Shown one piece after another: positions 30,842-41,772 of a stretch of DNA of 64,000 bases; position 1 is the stretch's first letter; every line of letters starts with the position of its first letter. Position numbers and translations under genes: made by a program. This stretch comes from an uncultured Verrucomicrobiae bacterium (GTDB taxonomy: Bacteria > Verrucomicrobiota > Verrucomicrobiia > Limisphaerales > JAFGQR01), in the NCBI GenBank assembly GCA_963788655.1, contig CAWBHS010000017.1:14353-78352 (forward strand), given 5' to 3'. The notes under the pieces are model-generated. The model made no database searches. It saw only the letters and a list, made by a program, of their open reading frames with translations, and was not told the origin of the DNA.

Positions 30842-31876
30842 ATGGCGTTCAGCGAGTTTCCCCAACAACAGGACGTCGTGCAACTGTTGCAGCGCAGCCT
30901 CGAACGCGGGCGGTTGGGCCACGCTTATTTATTCAACGGCGCCGACCCGACCGAATTGGAAGGCATGGCCCGCACGCTGGCCAAGACATTGAATTGCGAG
31001 CGGCCGCCCCGGCGCACGGCGAGCGGCTTGGCGCTGGATTGCTGCGATGAATGCCTGAACTGCCGCAAGATCAACGGCGCCAACCATCCGGATGTGATCT
31101 GGGTGCGGCCGGAATCCAAGCTACGGGTGATCCTCATCGGCCAGATTCGTGAGCTGTTGCAGGCGGTCAATCTGAAGCCTACGCAGGCGCGGTTCAAAAT
31201 CGCCATCATCGTGGACGCCGACCGGCTGCAAATCCAGGCGGCCAACGCCTTTCTGAAAACGCTCGAGGAGCCGCCGGCGGATTCGATTCTCATTCTGCTC
31301 ACCACTGATCCGCAACGGATTTTGGAAACCATTCTCTCGCGCTGTCTGCGGCTGAATTTTTCCGGCGAAGGCACCCATTTGCAGGATCCCGCCACGGTGC
31401 AATGGCTGGGGCAGTTTGCCACGATGGCCGGCGCGCCGCAGAAAAGCCTGTTGGTGCGTTATAAGTTGCTGGCGGTGTTACTGGCGAAGCTCAACGAATT
31501 GAAATCCGGCATCAGCGACTGGCTCACCAAACAATCGCCGCTCGAGCAATACGAGGACGTGGAATCGGACCTCAAGGATAAATGGGAACACGAGTTGTCC
31601 GCCGCCATCGAGTCCGAATACCGGCGGCAGCGCGCCGACGTGCTCAAGGGCGTGGAATGGTGGCTGCGCGATGTCTGGCTGGAAACGCAGCAACTCGGGC
31701 AGGACTTGTTGATGTACCCGCAACTGGCGGATCGTTCGCAGGCCGTCGCGCAACGGATCGACGCCCGGGCTGCCATGGAAAACCTGCACTTGCTGGAACG
31801 ACTGCAACGGTTGCTCACCTCGAATATTCAGGAAGCGCTGGCGCTCGAAGTGGCGCTGCTGAAACTCAAGTTGTAA
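30842..31876 (+). CDS. holB: DNA polymerase III subunit delta'
   Basis: LGHAYLF, CDECLNC..HPDV, ANAFLKTLEEPP, TILSRC. Confidence 0.92.
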   Translation: MAFSEFPQQQDVVQLLQRSLERGRLGHAYLFNGADPTELEGMARTLAKTLNCERPPRRTASGLALDCCDECLNCRKINGANHPDVIWVRPESKLRVILIGQIRELLQAVNLKPTQARFKIAIIVDADRLQIQAANAFLKTLEEPPADSILILLTTDPQRILETILSRCLRLNFSGEGTHLQDPATVQWLGQFATMAGAPQKSLLVRYKLLAVLLAKLNELKSGISDWLTKQSPLEQYEDVESDLKDKWEHELSAAIESEYRRQRADVLKGVEWWLRDVWLETQQLGQDLLMYPQLADRSQAVAQRIDARAAMENLHLLERLQRLLTSNIQEALALEVALLKLKL

Positions 31877-31886
31877 AACCAGCCAC

Positions 31887-33389
31887 GTGAAACTCAAAGG
31901 GCCAAGCGGATCACCGGAATCAGGGCCTCCGAAGCGATCCAAGTCCGCCAAGGCCAGCGCCAAGACGCAGGGTGAAAAGTCATCCGAACAGGGAGGCGCT
32001 GGGTTTGGAGTCCCGTCTTCAGACGGTACCGCGCCCCGACCGCCTAAAGGCGGAACTCTGCGCCGGAGTGCCCAACCAAGTTCTGGCCCAATCCCATCCG
32101 CATCCAGACCTGCTCTCGGGGAGATTCTGTTCGTCGGCGGCGTGGGTTTGTGGCTGGCGCTGACGCTGATCAAATTCGGCAATCCGGTCATCCTCGAAGG
32201 CAAGATCGAAGCGCCCACCAATTGGGCCGAACTTGTGGTATCCACCTGGCCGCCGGACTGGGGCTATTGGCTACTGGGCGGCGTCGTGCTGGGGGGCATC
32301 GGCTTCTGGCGCTGGCGCACCATGGCGCCCAAGTGGTTGGTCGTCCTGCCGCTGGTCTGGTTCATTTGGGAAGTGTTCGCCGGCATCCAAACCGTCAATC
32401 CTACCTTGACCAAGCCGGTCCTGACCCATTTTGCCTCGTGTGCGGTCGTCTTTTATCTCGGCCTGTTCGCGCTAAGTTCGGTGAACCGGCTGCGTTTGCT
32501 TTGGATCGGGCTCCTGGGTGGATTCCTCGTGGTGCTGATTGTGGGTTGGAACCAGCACTTTGGCGGTCTGGAGGAAACACGACGCTATTTTTACGAACTG
32601 CCCAATTGGCAGGAGTTCCCACCCGAGTTCATCAAGAAACTCAGCAGCAATCGAATCTATGCCACACTGTTTTACCCCAACACCCTGGCCGGGGTGATCA
32701 TTCTGTTGCTGCCCATTTTTCTAACGGCAGTCTGGCAGGTTCCCGAGACGCGCTGGGGCAAGGGGATCGCAGCGGGCGCGCTGGCGGTTGGCAGTCTGGC
32801 GTGCCTGTATTGGTCCGGTTCGAAAGCGGGTTGGCTGATCATGTTGGGACTGGCCGTGGTGGCGTTATTGCATTGGCCGCTGCCCCGGCGACTCAAGCTC
32901 GGCATCGCCAGCGTCGTCGTCGTAGCGGGATTGGCCGGCTTCATGGCAGTGTATGCGGGGTACTTTTCCCGGGGCGCAACCAGCGTTTCGGCCCGGCTCG
33001 ATTACTGGAAGGCCGGTTGGAGGTTGATGTTGGAAAAGCCGGCGTTGGGCTGGGGCCCCGGCACGTTCCAGGTCGGTTATGCGCGGCTGAAAGCGCCGGA
33101 ATCCGAAATGGCGCGTCTGGCCCATAACGATTACCTCGAACAAGGCGCCGATGCGGGCGTGCCGGGTTTCTTGCTGTATGCGGTGTTCATCGCCGGCGCA
33201 ATGACTTGGCTTCATCGTGGTTGCCAGAATGATCCCTTGCGGCTGGCGGTCTGGCTGGGGCTCTTGGGGCTGGCGACTCAAGGCCTGGTGGAGTTTGGCC
33301 TCTACATTCCGGCCATCGCCTGGCCGCAATTCCTGCTGACGGGCTGGCTTATCGGCAGCGCCCGCCCAAAGACTCCGCACTCACCGTAA
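31887..33389 (+). CDS. O-antigen ligase family membrane protein (start uncertain)
   Basis: ATLFYPNTLAG, SGSKAGW, R..YW...GWGPGTF, AHNDYLE. Confidence 0.82.
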   Translation: MKLKGPSGSPESGPPKRSKSAKASAKTQGEKSSEQGGAGFGVPSSDGTAPRPPKGGTLRRSAQPSSGPIPSASRPALGEILFVGGVGLWLALTLIKFGNPVILEGKIEAPTNWAELVVSTWPPDWGYWLLGGVVLGGIGFWRWRTMAPKWLVVLPLVWFIWEVFAGIQTVNPTLTKPVLTHFASCAVVFYLGLFALSSVNRLRLLWIGLLGGFLVVLIVGWNQHFGGLEETRRYFYELPNWQEFPPEFIKKLSSNRIYATLFYPNTLAGVIILLLPIFLTAVWQVPETRWGKGIAAGALAVGSLACLYWSGSKAGWLIMLGLAVVALLHWPLPRRLKLGIASVVVVAGLAGFMAVYAGYFSRGATSVSARLDYWKAGWRLMLEKPALGWGPGTFQVGYARLKAPESEMARLAHNDYLEQGADAGVPGFLLYAVFIAGAMTWLHRGCQNDPLRLAVWLGLLGLATQGLVEFGLYIPAIAWPQFLLTGWLIGSARPKTPHSP

Positions 33390-33631
33390 CCACGGAAATT
33401 GCGTCGTCGATTCACATCTTTCCAAGATCCATGCGCGTGAAGAATTCCAACACCATTTGTTGATCGCACCCGTTTGCCGAGGCCGGATCAGCGGTTTTGG
33501 AGTGGTCAACTCCATTTTGGCAATGCGGGATTCCGTTAACATTAACGACCTAAAATAAGTCTCTGGTTACCGCGGTTTAGCCACTTTTAACAGTGGTTTC
33601 CTGATCAAGAGATTGGCCTGTTTTTTACTGC

Positions 33632-33660
33632 TTGACGCTCTGAAACGGCTTCCTTAACCT
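33632..33660 (+). promoter_or_regulatory. sigma70 promoter for accBC
   Basis: TTGACG-N17-TAACCT. Confidence 0.55.
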
Positions 33661-33772
33661 CACCGCCAATTGAATTTGTGAGCAGTGTCTGTTTCCGGTC
33701 ACTGCTTTTTTGCTTAATGAACACAATTGATCTAACAACTGGTTTTTCCGAGTGGATAGCAGGAGGCGTTTC

Positions 33773-34243
33773 GTGGACTTAAAGGATATCCGAGCCATCA
33801 TCGATTTGATGAAGAAGAACTCGATCTCTGAATTCGAGTTGGAACGTCAGGATTTCAAAATTCGGCTCAAGCGCGGCGGAGCAACGGTGGGACAAATTGA
33901 CGAAAACGGCTATTCGCCGGCTATCGTTAGCGTTCCCGTGGCTCAAGTTGCCCAAAACGCCGCGACGCCGCCCCCTCCAGCGCAACCAGCGCCCACCGGC
34001 GAATTGGAGATCAAGTCGCCCATGATCGGCACCTTCTACCGCGCGCCCTCCCCGGAATCGGCGCCTTACGTTGAGGTGGGCACCGAGGTCAATGCCGAAA
34101 CCGTGGTCTGCATCATCGAGGCCATGAAGGTGATGAATGAAATCAAGGCCGAAGCGCGAAGGTGGTCATCACCCAGGTTCTGGTCGAAAACGCCAAGCCG
34201 GTCGAGTTCGGCCAGCCGATGTTCAAGATTCGGCCGTCTGTGA
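33773..34243 (+). CDS. accB: acetyl-CoA carboxylase biotin carboxyl carrier protein (frameshift near 34160)
   Basis: [39 protein letters not shown] in next frame. Confidence 0.92.
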   Translation: MDLKDIRAIIDLMKKNSISEFELERQDFKIRLKRGGATVGQIDENGYSPAIVSVPVAQVAQNAATPPPPAQPAPTGELEIKSPMIGTFYRAPSPESAPYVEVGTEVNAETVVCIIEAMKVMNEIKAEARRWSSPRFWSKTPSRSSSASRCSRFGRL

Positions 34244-34311
34244 CCCCGCGTCCCGGCTTTGCCAATTGGCCAGAGTTATACTGCTTAATTCGCCCTACGC
34301 TCACGCTCAGC

Positions 34312-35707
34312 ATGTTCGAAAAAATTCTAGTCGCCAATCGCGGCGAAATCGCCGTCCGCGTCATCCGCGCCTGCAAGGAACTGAACATCCGCACCGTGGC
34401 GATCTATTCGGAAGCGGACGCCAATTCGATGCACGTGCAGATGGCCGACGAAGCGATCTGCATCGGCAAAGGCCGCCGCCAGCGAAAGCTATCTGCGCAT
34501 TGATCGCATCGTCAGCGCGGCGGAGATCACCGACGTGGACGCCATCCATCCCGGCTACGGGTTCCTGGCGGAGAACGCCCATTTCGCGGACGTGTGCGAA
34601 AGCTGCAACATCCGCTTCATCGGCCCCAGTTCCCGCGCGATGAACGCGCTGGAGGACAAGGCCGTCAGCCGCGCGCTGGCCAAGAAGGCCGGCGTGCCCA
34701 CGCCCCCCGGCTCCGATGGGGTGGTGGAGAACGAGCAGGACGCGCTGCGCGGTCGCCAAACGCATCGGCTACCCGGTGATGATCAAGGCCGTCGCCGGCG
34801 GCGGCGGCCGGGGCATGCGCGTCGCCCACAACGACATTTCGCTGGTCAAGGGCTACCACACCGCGCGCACCGAAGCGGAGAAGGCGTTTGGCAATTCGGG
34901 CGTTTACATCGAGAAATTCATCGAGAATCCCGCACCACATCGAGTTCCAGATTCTGGGGGACAACAAGGGCCACATCATTCACTTGGGCGAACGCGATTG
35001 CTCCATCCAGCGCCGCAACCAGAAGGTCGTCGAAGAAACGCCCTTCGCCGCTGTTCGAAACCGAAGTTCAAGAGACTTGCGCGAGAAGATGGGCAGGGCG
35101 GCCATCAAGATTGCCGAAGCGGCCCAACTACACCAACGCCGGCACCGTCGAGTTCATCGTGGATGAACAAGGGCAATTTCTATTTCCTCGAAGTCAACAA
35201 GCGCATCCAGGTGGAGCACCCGATCACCGAGGAGGTCACCGGCATGGATCTGGTTGCGCTACCAAATCATGCATCGCCATGGGCGAGCCGCTGCAAGCTC
35301 TCCGCAAAGCGAATCCGCGTTCAAGGGCCACGCCATCGAATGCCGCATCAATGCCGAAGATCCCTTCGACGAGTTTCGTCCCAGCCCGGGCCGCATCGAG
35401 ATGTATTACCAGCCCGGCGGCCGCGGCGTGCGGGTGGACAGCCATGCCTATGCCGGCTACACCATCCCGCCCGTCCTACGATTCGATGATCGGCAAGCTC
35501 ATCACCACCGGCCGAGATCGCCGCGAAGCCATGGACCGGATGAGCCGCGCGCTGGGCGAATACATGATCACCGGCGTCAAGACCACGATCTCCTTCCAGC
35601 AGGCCATCCTGCAGGATCCCAATTTCCGGCGCGGGGTTTATTCGACCAACTTTGTCGAGCAACTGCTCTCCGGCGCCCGGCGCGAGCTGATCGAAAAGGA
35701 TGTTTAG
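34312..35707 (+). CDS. accC: biotin carboxylase (multiple frameshifts)
   Basis: [68 protein letters not shown] spread over three frames. Confidence 0.92.
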
Positions 35708-35716
35708 AGTGGCGGT

Positions 35717-35885
35717 AAAATCCGAAAACCGAGGGCCGTCAGCCGAGAGACCTTCGAAAACTGAAGACCGAAAACAGATTCGGTTTCGAACCATTGCCAG
35801 GCAAACCTCAAACGGGCTGACATACTTCGGATTTCGGCCTTCGGGCTTTTCTCGGACCTCGGGTTTCGGGTTTCGGATTTCGGCT
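35717..35885. repeat. degenerate heptamer-based inverted repeat (AATCCGA/TCGGATT, TCGGGTT tandem)
   Basis: aaatccgaaaaccgag ... tcgggtttcgggtttcggatttcgg. Confidence 0.6.
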
Positions 35886-35905
35886 TCGCCCTCGTTCTGC
35901 CAAGC

Positions 35906-36559
35906 GTGAAGTCTTTATCCGATTGCCTCCTCTACACGTTTGTCGATACCGCGTATCTGCACGGACGCGATCCGGTCGAGGTTGCCCGGCAACTCTGCGA
36001 CGGCGGCGCTGATCTGGTGCAATTGCGCGCGAAAACTTCATCCGAGTCGGAGATCCGGCAATTGGCCGAAGCCCTCCTGCCGATCACCGACCAAGCCGGC
36101 GTCGGCTTGGTCATCAACGATTTTCCCAAGATAGCGCTGCAAATCGGCGCGCCCGTTTGCCATCTCGGCCAGGAGGATTTCTTTCAAGCGGGCTACCGAA
36201 TGGCTGCGCAAGTGACCGGTTGCCCGCCCGAAATGCGTTTGGGTTTGAGTACGCACGCCCCGGAACAAGCTCTGCGCGCGTTGCGGGCGGCACCGGATTA
36301 CCTGGCCATCGGTCCCGTGTTCGCCACCCCCACCAAACCCACGGCCCAGCCCGTCACCTTGGACTACGTTCGCTGGGCGGACGCTAACGTAACGCTCCCC
36401 TGGTTCGCCATCGGCGGCCTGAACCTCGATAACCTCGATGCAGTGTTGGCTGCCGGAGCGCGGCGGGTGTGCGCGGTGTCGGCCATTTTGAACGCCCCGG
36501 ATGTCACTGCGGCTTGTCAGCAGTGGAAGGAACGTTTAATGTCCGCAGCTCGAAGTTGA
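35906..36559 (+). CDS. thiE: thiamine phosphate synthase
   Basis: VQLRAK, VIND, HLGQED, GLSTH, GPVFATPTK, FAIGG. Confidence 0.92.
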   Translation: MKSLSDCLLYTFVDTAYLHGRDPVEVARQLCDGGADLVQLRAKTSSESEIRQLAEALLPITDQAGVGLVINDFPKIALQIGAPVCHLGQEDFFQAGYRMAAQVTGCPPEMRLGLSTHAPEQALRALRAAPDYLAIGPVFATPTKPTAQPVTLDYVRWADANVTLPWFAIGGLNLDNLDAVLAAGARRVCAVSAILNAPDVTAACQQWKERLMSAARS

Positions 36560-36605
36560 ATACGAAAGCGAACACGAAACCAAACAACCATCCGTCAGAA
36601 CCTGC

Positions 36606-37505
36606 ATGAGCGTATTGATCGTCGGCTCGACCGCCCTGGATTCCATCAAAACCCCCGCGTCCGAAAACCCCCGCCTGCTGGGCGGCTCCGCCAGTTACGC
36701 GGCGGTGGCGGCCAGCTTCTTTTCCCCGGTGCAAATGGTGGGCGTCGTCGGGACAGACTTTCCGAAGAAATACCTCCAACTGTATCGGCGGCATCAAATC
36801 GACTTGGAAGGGCTCCAGATCAAGGAGGGCCAGACGTTCCATTGGTCGGGCGAATACGAACTCAACCTGGACCACCGGCGAACGCTGCTGACTGAACTCG
36901 GCGTGTTTGAAACCTTTTCGCCCGTGCTGCCGGCCGCCTATACCAAGACGCCTTTCGTGCTCCTGGCGAATATCGCACCCTCGCTCCAGATGCACGTGCT
37001 GGACCAAGCCACCCGGCCACGGTTGGTGGCGGCCGATACGATGGACCTCTGGTTGAACATCGCCCTGAAGGAGTTGCTTGCTCTATTGAAACGGATCGAT
37101 TTGTTTGTGCTGAACGAAAGCGAAGCCCACCAATTGACCGAGCAAACGAACCTGTTCCGCGCCGCGCGCGCCATTCACAAGCTGGGCCCCAAATATCTCA
37201 TCATCAAAAAAGGGCAGCATGGTTCACTGCTCTCGGCACCGCATGGTATGTTCCTGGCACCAGCCTACCCGTTGGATAAAGTCGTCGATCCCACTGGAGC
37301 CGGCGACTCGTTTGTCGGTGGTCTGATGGGGTACCTGTCCCAAACAAAGGGCGCGATCGAGAAGAACCTGCGCCGCGCAATGATCCACGGCAGCGTGGTG
37401 GCCTCGTTCTGTTGCGAAGGATTTGGTCTCACCGGCCTGACGCGCGCCACACGGCCTCGCATCAATAAACGAGTAAAGGAATTGGAGCGGCTGACACGAT
37501 TCTAA
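36606..37505 (+). CDS. PfkB-family carbohydrate/nucleoside kinase
   Basis: LGGSASY, DPTGAGDSFVGG. Confidence 0.9.
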   Translation: MSVLIVGSTALDSIKTPASENPRLLGGSASYAAVAASFFSPVQMVGVVGTDFPKKYLQLYRRHQIDLEGLQIKEGQTFHWSGEYELNLDHRRTLLTELGVFETFSPVLPAAYTKTPFVLLANIAPSLQMHVLDQATRPRLVAADTMDLWLNIALKELLALLKRIDLFVLNESEAHQLTEQTNLFRAARAIHKLGPKYLIIKKGQHGSLLSAPHGMFLAPAYPLDKVVDPTGAGDSFVGGLMGYLSQTKGAIEKNLRRAMIHGSVVASFCCEGFGLTGLTRATRPRINKRVKELERLTRF

Positions 37506-37545
37506 CCGAAAAACCTCTCCCCACCACTTGCAGGGCCAACAGCCA

Positions 37546-37615
37546 GTAGCCGCCGACGTGAGGAGGCGGACTGTATGTATCTGGCCGTATTTCTCCTCCG
37601 CACGTCGTCGGCTAC
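37546..37615. repeat. GTAG-type REP doublet between convergent genes
   Basis: gtagccgccgacgtgaggaggcg ... cacgtcgtcggctac. Confidence 0.8.
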
Positions 37616-37635
37616 GGCAAGCGTAAACTTCCGGT

Positions 37636-38395
37636 CTAAACCTCGATAACGAGCCCCGGTTTGAAGCCGGTGTGCCGTTGCTCCGGATACCCGCGCTGGT
37701 TGCTGATCACCCGCGTGCCGTTCAGTTCGTAATGGACCGAACGATGGGTGTGCCCATGCACCCATAGCGCCGCTTTGTCTTCGCCCATCAACGATTCCAA
37801 ATTGCTCGCATACGCTGCCGATAGCGGATCGCCGCGAAATAACGGATCAATTGATTTGAGACACGGTGCGTGGTGCGTCACCACCACCGTCGCGCCGGCA
37901 AACGGTTTGGCCAGGGCGCTTTCGAGCCACGCCCGGCTGGCCTCGTGCAATCCCCGCGTGATGGCCGGCCGCAGTTTTCCATCGGTTCTCGCTGTTGCGA
38001 ATCACCCGATAATCATTCATCGAAGCCGCCGCCATGAGCGTGGCTTCCGTTCGCTTTTCTTCGCCAAACAAGGCAAAGTCCGTCCACAAGGTGCAGCCCA
38101 GAAAACGGACGCTTGCGAGCACCACTTCCCGGTTGTCCAGGAAATGCACCTGGGAACCCTCGGCTTCCTGCTTCAAGGCTTCGGTGAGCTCGGGCAGCGC
38201 CTGGCCGTAGTATTCGTGGTTACCGGCAACATACACTACCGGCCGCTCGGGGAACTTCGATTGGGCGACTTTGAGCCCGGTCAATCCCGGCGCAATATCG
38301 CCCGCCAGCACAATCACATCCGCGTCGGTTTCTCCTACGTCGGCCGGACCAAATTCAAGGTGCAGGTCGCTCAGGATTTGGAGTTTGACGCCCAC
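37636..38395 (-). CDS. calcineurin-like metallophosphoesterase (frameshift near 37970)
   Basis: SDLHLE, LAGDI, GNHEYY, THHAP, HGHTH. Confidence 0.88.
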
Positions 38396-38437
38396 GGTGG
38401 AAAGCGGTTCAGTGGTTGCGCACGGACAACGAATCGT

Positions 38438-39073
38438 TCAGGGCAATTCTTCAATCCGCAAATCCTGGTAGGCCGCTTCCGCCGGACCACCCCCGTGGAT
38501 TTGCAGACCAATCAGTCCATACTGTGGGATCTGTGGGTCGGCTTCGGTGTAATCGATCATCGGCACGCCGTTGATCGCCGTGCGGATGCGTTGGCCCTCG
38601 CATCGGATTTCGTAGGCATTCCAGTCGTTGGGTTTGAGGGCCTTGGTGACGGCTTCGTCGCTGGGTTTGGCGAGAATCCGGTTGCGGCGCGACTCATCGT
38701 AGAGCGCTCCCCAATAACCGTCGCCCATGTCGCATTGGTAACCGCTCATTTCGTTGGGCGGATTCTTCAGTGGTTGACTGCGCACCTGCACGCCGCCATT
38801 GATGAAGCCGCCAGTGCCGACCAGCTTGAATTTCAGTCGCAGGATGAAATTTGTGTAGCTCCGGCGGGTGCGGAGAAATTCGTTGCGCGGCACCGTGGTT
38901 TTGCGAGAGCCGCCCACAAAAGCCCCGTGCTCGAGGCGCCACGTTCGGTTGGTGTCGCCGGTCCAACCAGCGTAGGTCTTGCCGTCGGACAAAGGAACGG
39001 AAGCTGCCTCCAAACAAGCAGGCATCGATAAAGCCGCCATGACCATGATGAGCCAAAGATGCGTGAATCTCAT
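38438..39073 (-). CDS. DUF1080 (3-keto-disaccharide hydrolase-like) protein
   Basis: NGGVQVRS, GYQCD, WNAYEIRCEG, GLIGLQIH. Confidence 0.88.
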   Translation of the reverse strand: MRFTHLWLIMVMAALSMPACLEAASVPLSDGKTYAGWTGDTNRTWRLEHGAFVGGSRKTTVPRNEFLRTRRSYTNFILRLKFKLVGTGGFINGGVQVRSQPLKNPPNEMSGYQCDMGDGYWGALYDESRRNRILAKPSDEAVTKALKPNDWNAYEIRCEGQRIRTAINGVPMIDYTEADPQIPQYGLIGLQIHGGGPAEAAYQDLRIEELP

Positions 39074-39245
39074 GGACGCAAGGTAGGGCGGCTGCCCGAC
39101 GAATGTCGAGGAAAAGGAGCGGGAAGATCTGCAAATCTGCGGGTTCCAGGGCCAATGGTGATGATCATTTTCACCCGACCCATGCCCCCTCGTAGCGGCG
39201 TATGGGCAGAACGCCGCAATATTGGCAACGAGGGTTTGTGGCGAT

Positions 39246-40478
39246 CTACGGAGACCCCGCTCCGCCCAGAGGAATTCGCAAGAGCCACTCCGTCACGATC
39301 ACGCCCAACGTCGTGCCAATCACGTAACCCCAGATACCTACCAGCAACGCCGGCAACACCAGGCGCCGCCAGCCCGCCGCGATGGCCATCGCAGCAGCCG
39401 AAGGCGGTCCCCCAAGCGTAGCGTTCACGCAAAGCAACAGTTCCTCGAGATTCAGGCGAAGCAGTTTCCCCCCCACCAACGTCACGGCCAGATTGGTGAC
39501 CGCCATGATGGCGCAGAACCCGAAGAACATCGGAACATTCCGCAACACGGCCAGGAGGTCGGCCGGCAAACCAATCACGAACAAAAACAAATACAACAGG
39601 TAACTTCCCAGTTCTTCGGGGCCGTTGATGGCGGCGAACGGTCGCTGGAACAACGTCGCGGCGGCCAGCGACAACGCGGTGATGAGCACAAACGGATTGG
39701 TGACCAACACGCGCACCATTTGCAGCGCCAGCCCGGCGTCCGGCCCGAGTGTAAAACCATGTTCCACCGCCCGCCCGATTCCTTGTGCCGCCGCGACCAC
39801 CACCAAAGCGATGCCCAATGACTTGGCAATATCCAACAGGGAAATCCCTTTGCGTTGCCAGTGTTCCGCGGCCAGATTTTGCGCGCCGGCGGTGTCCGCT
39901 TCGCGGGTATGCGGATGCGGATAATGGCGGCGGAACCAGGCACTGCCGGCCAGCGTAAGCAGTACCACAAACATGCCCGCCATGATAAAGTTATCGGCCA
40001 CCAACAACGGATTCGTCACCAACTCGCTGACGTGATACGACTCCTTGACCGCGAAGAAATTGATCGCCCCGCCGGTATAGCTGCCGGTCATGATGCCCGC
40101 CGCGTGTTCGACATTCGGCACCCGGCCGTGCAACAGAAACGTGGCCAGCAAGGCGCCCAGGATTGTCCCCACCGCGCTCAGATGAAACGCCACAAACATC
40201 CAGCGGGTTTCCTTCACGATGCGTCGCGCATCCGCTCGGAACAACAGCAATGGGATGGCCAACGGCACCAAATACTGGCCAACGAAGTCGTACGCCGGCG
40301 AAACCGACGGCATGAGGTGCAGATTTGACAAGGTCATGGCCATCAGCAACGCCAATACCGGCCCACTGAGTTTGGCGGCCCACCGCCACGTCTGTTCCAT
40401 CCAAATCGACAACCCGGTGCCGGCCAACATGACGGCCCACAACGTCCAGTAGTCGTCCGGGTGAATAAATGAACTCAT
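39246..40478 (-). CDS. DUF819-family membrane protein
   Basis: LVPLAIPLLLF, GSYTGGAINF, NATLGGPPSAAAMA. Confidence 0.85.
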   Translation of the reverse strand: MSSFIHPDDYWTLWAVMLAGTGLSIWMEQTWRWAAKLSGPVLALLMAMTLSNLHLMPSVSPAYDFVGQYLVPLAIPLLLFRADARRIVKETRWMFVAFHLSAVGTILGALLATFLLHGRVPNVEHAAGIMTGSYTGGAINFFAVKESYHVSELVTNPLLVADNFIMAGMFVVLLTLAGSAWFRRHYPHPHTREADTAGAQNLAAEHWQRKGISLLDIAKSLGIALVVVAAAQGIGRAVEHGFTLGPDAGLALQMVRVLVTNPFVLITALSLAAATLFQRPFAAINGPEELGSYLLYLFLFVIGLPADLLAVLRNVPMFFGFCAIMAVTNLAVTLVGGKLLRLNLEELLLCVNATLGGPPSAAAMAIAAGWRRLVLPALLVGIWGYVIGTTLGVIVTEWLLRIPLGGAGSP

Positions 40479-40526
40479 GTGCCTAGGTTGAACGGAGCAC
40501 GGGTGACCTCCGAAAGCCGCGAACCG

Positions 40527-40656
40527 TTGGGAGTGCGTGGAGCTTGCTCCCGCTGTCGCGTTTCGCTGGACGCGCAAAGCAAGAAAGCAACGCGTGCAGA
40601 TTCTGGAGGCCTCGTCCCAGTCGAAAGCGCCGGCAAGCCGGACGCACTCCCAACGC
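40527..40656. repeat. REP-like doublet GGAGTGCG...CGCACTCC
   Basis: ttgggagtgcgt ... acgcactcccaa with internal hairpins. Confidence 0.65.
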
Positions 40657-40745
40657 TGGCGCGACGGTCGAACGGGCACCGGCCCTGGCGAAGCGCATGG
40701 AGTTTGCCTAACGTGGAGTTCTCCATAGCTCCCGGCGCCGGAGGG

Positions 40746-41759
40746 TTACAATATGCGGATTCCGTTTCCATTCTCCTCCGGGAAGACCGCCCGGCCCCGC
40801 TCCAACCGGACTCCGCTGGCGATGTCCTGCGCAATCAACACGGCTCCGTCCATGTCCACGTAATCGAGCAACGGCAGCAGTTGCGCAATGGCCGAGATGC
40901 CGACGCTGGATTCGGTCATGCAACCGACCATCGCCTGGAGGCCGAGTTGGCGGGCGTGTTGCACCATGCGCCGGGCGGGCGTCATGCCGCCGGCTTTGAC
41001 CAGCTTCACGTTCACGCCGTGGAAATGGCCGACGCACCGCGCCACGTCTTCTTCGACCAGGCAGCTTTCATCCGCGATGATCGGCAACGCCGAGTTGGCC
41101 AACACGCGTTTCAATCCATCCCAGTCCCCGGCCGGCAGCGGTTGTTCGATAAACTCGACGCCCAGCGTTTTCAACTCGCGCGCATTGCTAACGGTTTGGT
41201 CCGCGGTCCAGGCACAATTGGCGTCCACGCGGAACGTTGCCGTCGTGTGCCGCCGCAACTCACGCACAATTGCCAAATCGTCCGGTGTGCCGAGCTTGAT
41301 CTTGTAGATGGGCCAGCCGTCGAATTCCTTCATTTTGGCGACCATTTTGTCCACCGTATCCATGCCGATCGTGTAATCGCTGAGCGGCAGGTTTTCGAGG
41401 GACAGCCCCCACAGCCGATGCACGGGTTGGCCCAGGCGTTTGCCCCACAAATCATGTGCGGCCTCGTCCAACGCACACAACGCAAAGCGATCGTGTCCGA
41501 GCACGGGCAACATCCGTTCCCAAAACGCTCCGGGTTCATCAAGGGTTTCCGCCTCAATCCGACTACGGGCGGCCTCGAAGGATTGGCGCATCGAGGCCAC
41601 CGTGATTCCATAGTAAGTGGCGGAGGTGCCTTCGCCGTAACCGCTCCAATCGCCGTCGCGGAGTTCGACCAATAGGTTTTCCTGAACCGCCGTCGAACCG
41701 TGGGCAATGGTAAAGACGTGCCGCAGCGGCAGGGGAATATCGCGGAGAATCAATTGCAT
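40746..41759 (-). CDS. dipeptide (L-Ala-D/L-Glu) epimerase, enolase superfamily
   Basis: YKIKLG, RVDAN, IEQP, ADES, NVKLVKAGG, GCMTES, DMDG. Confidence 0.9.
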   Translation of the reverse strand: MQLILRDIPLPLRHVFTIAHGSTAVQENLLVELRDGDWSGYGEGTSATYYGITVASMRQSFEAARSRIEAETLDEPGAFWERMLPVLGHDRFALCALDEAAHDLWGKRLGQPVHRLWGLSLENLPLSDYTIGMDTVDKMVAKMKEFDGWPIYKIKLGTPDDLAIVRELRRHTTATFRVDANCAWTADQTVSNARELKTLGVEFIEQPLPAGDWDGLKRVLANSALPIIADESCLVEEDVARCVGHFHGVNVKLVKAGGMTPARRMVQHARQLGLQAMVGCMTESSVGISAIAQLLPLLDYVDMDGAVLIAQDIASGVRLERGRAVFPEENGNGIRIL

Positions 41760-41772
41760 GGTTCGGAAAAGC

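Noticed and set aside
37748..41675. Long + strand ORFs (427 aa, 398 aa) and similar antisense ORFs elsewhere
   Set aside because: GC-rich shadows of well-supported genes on the opposite strand.
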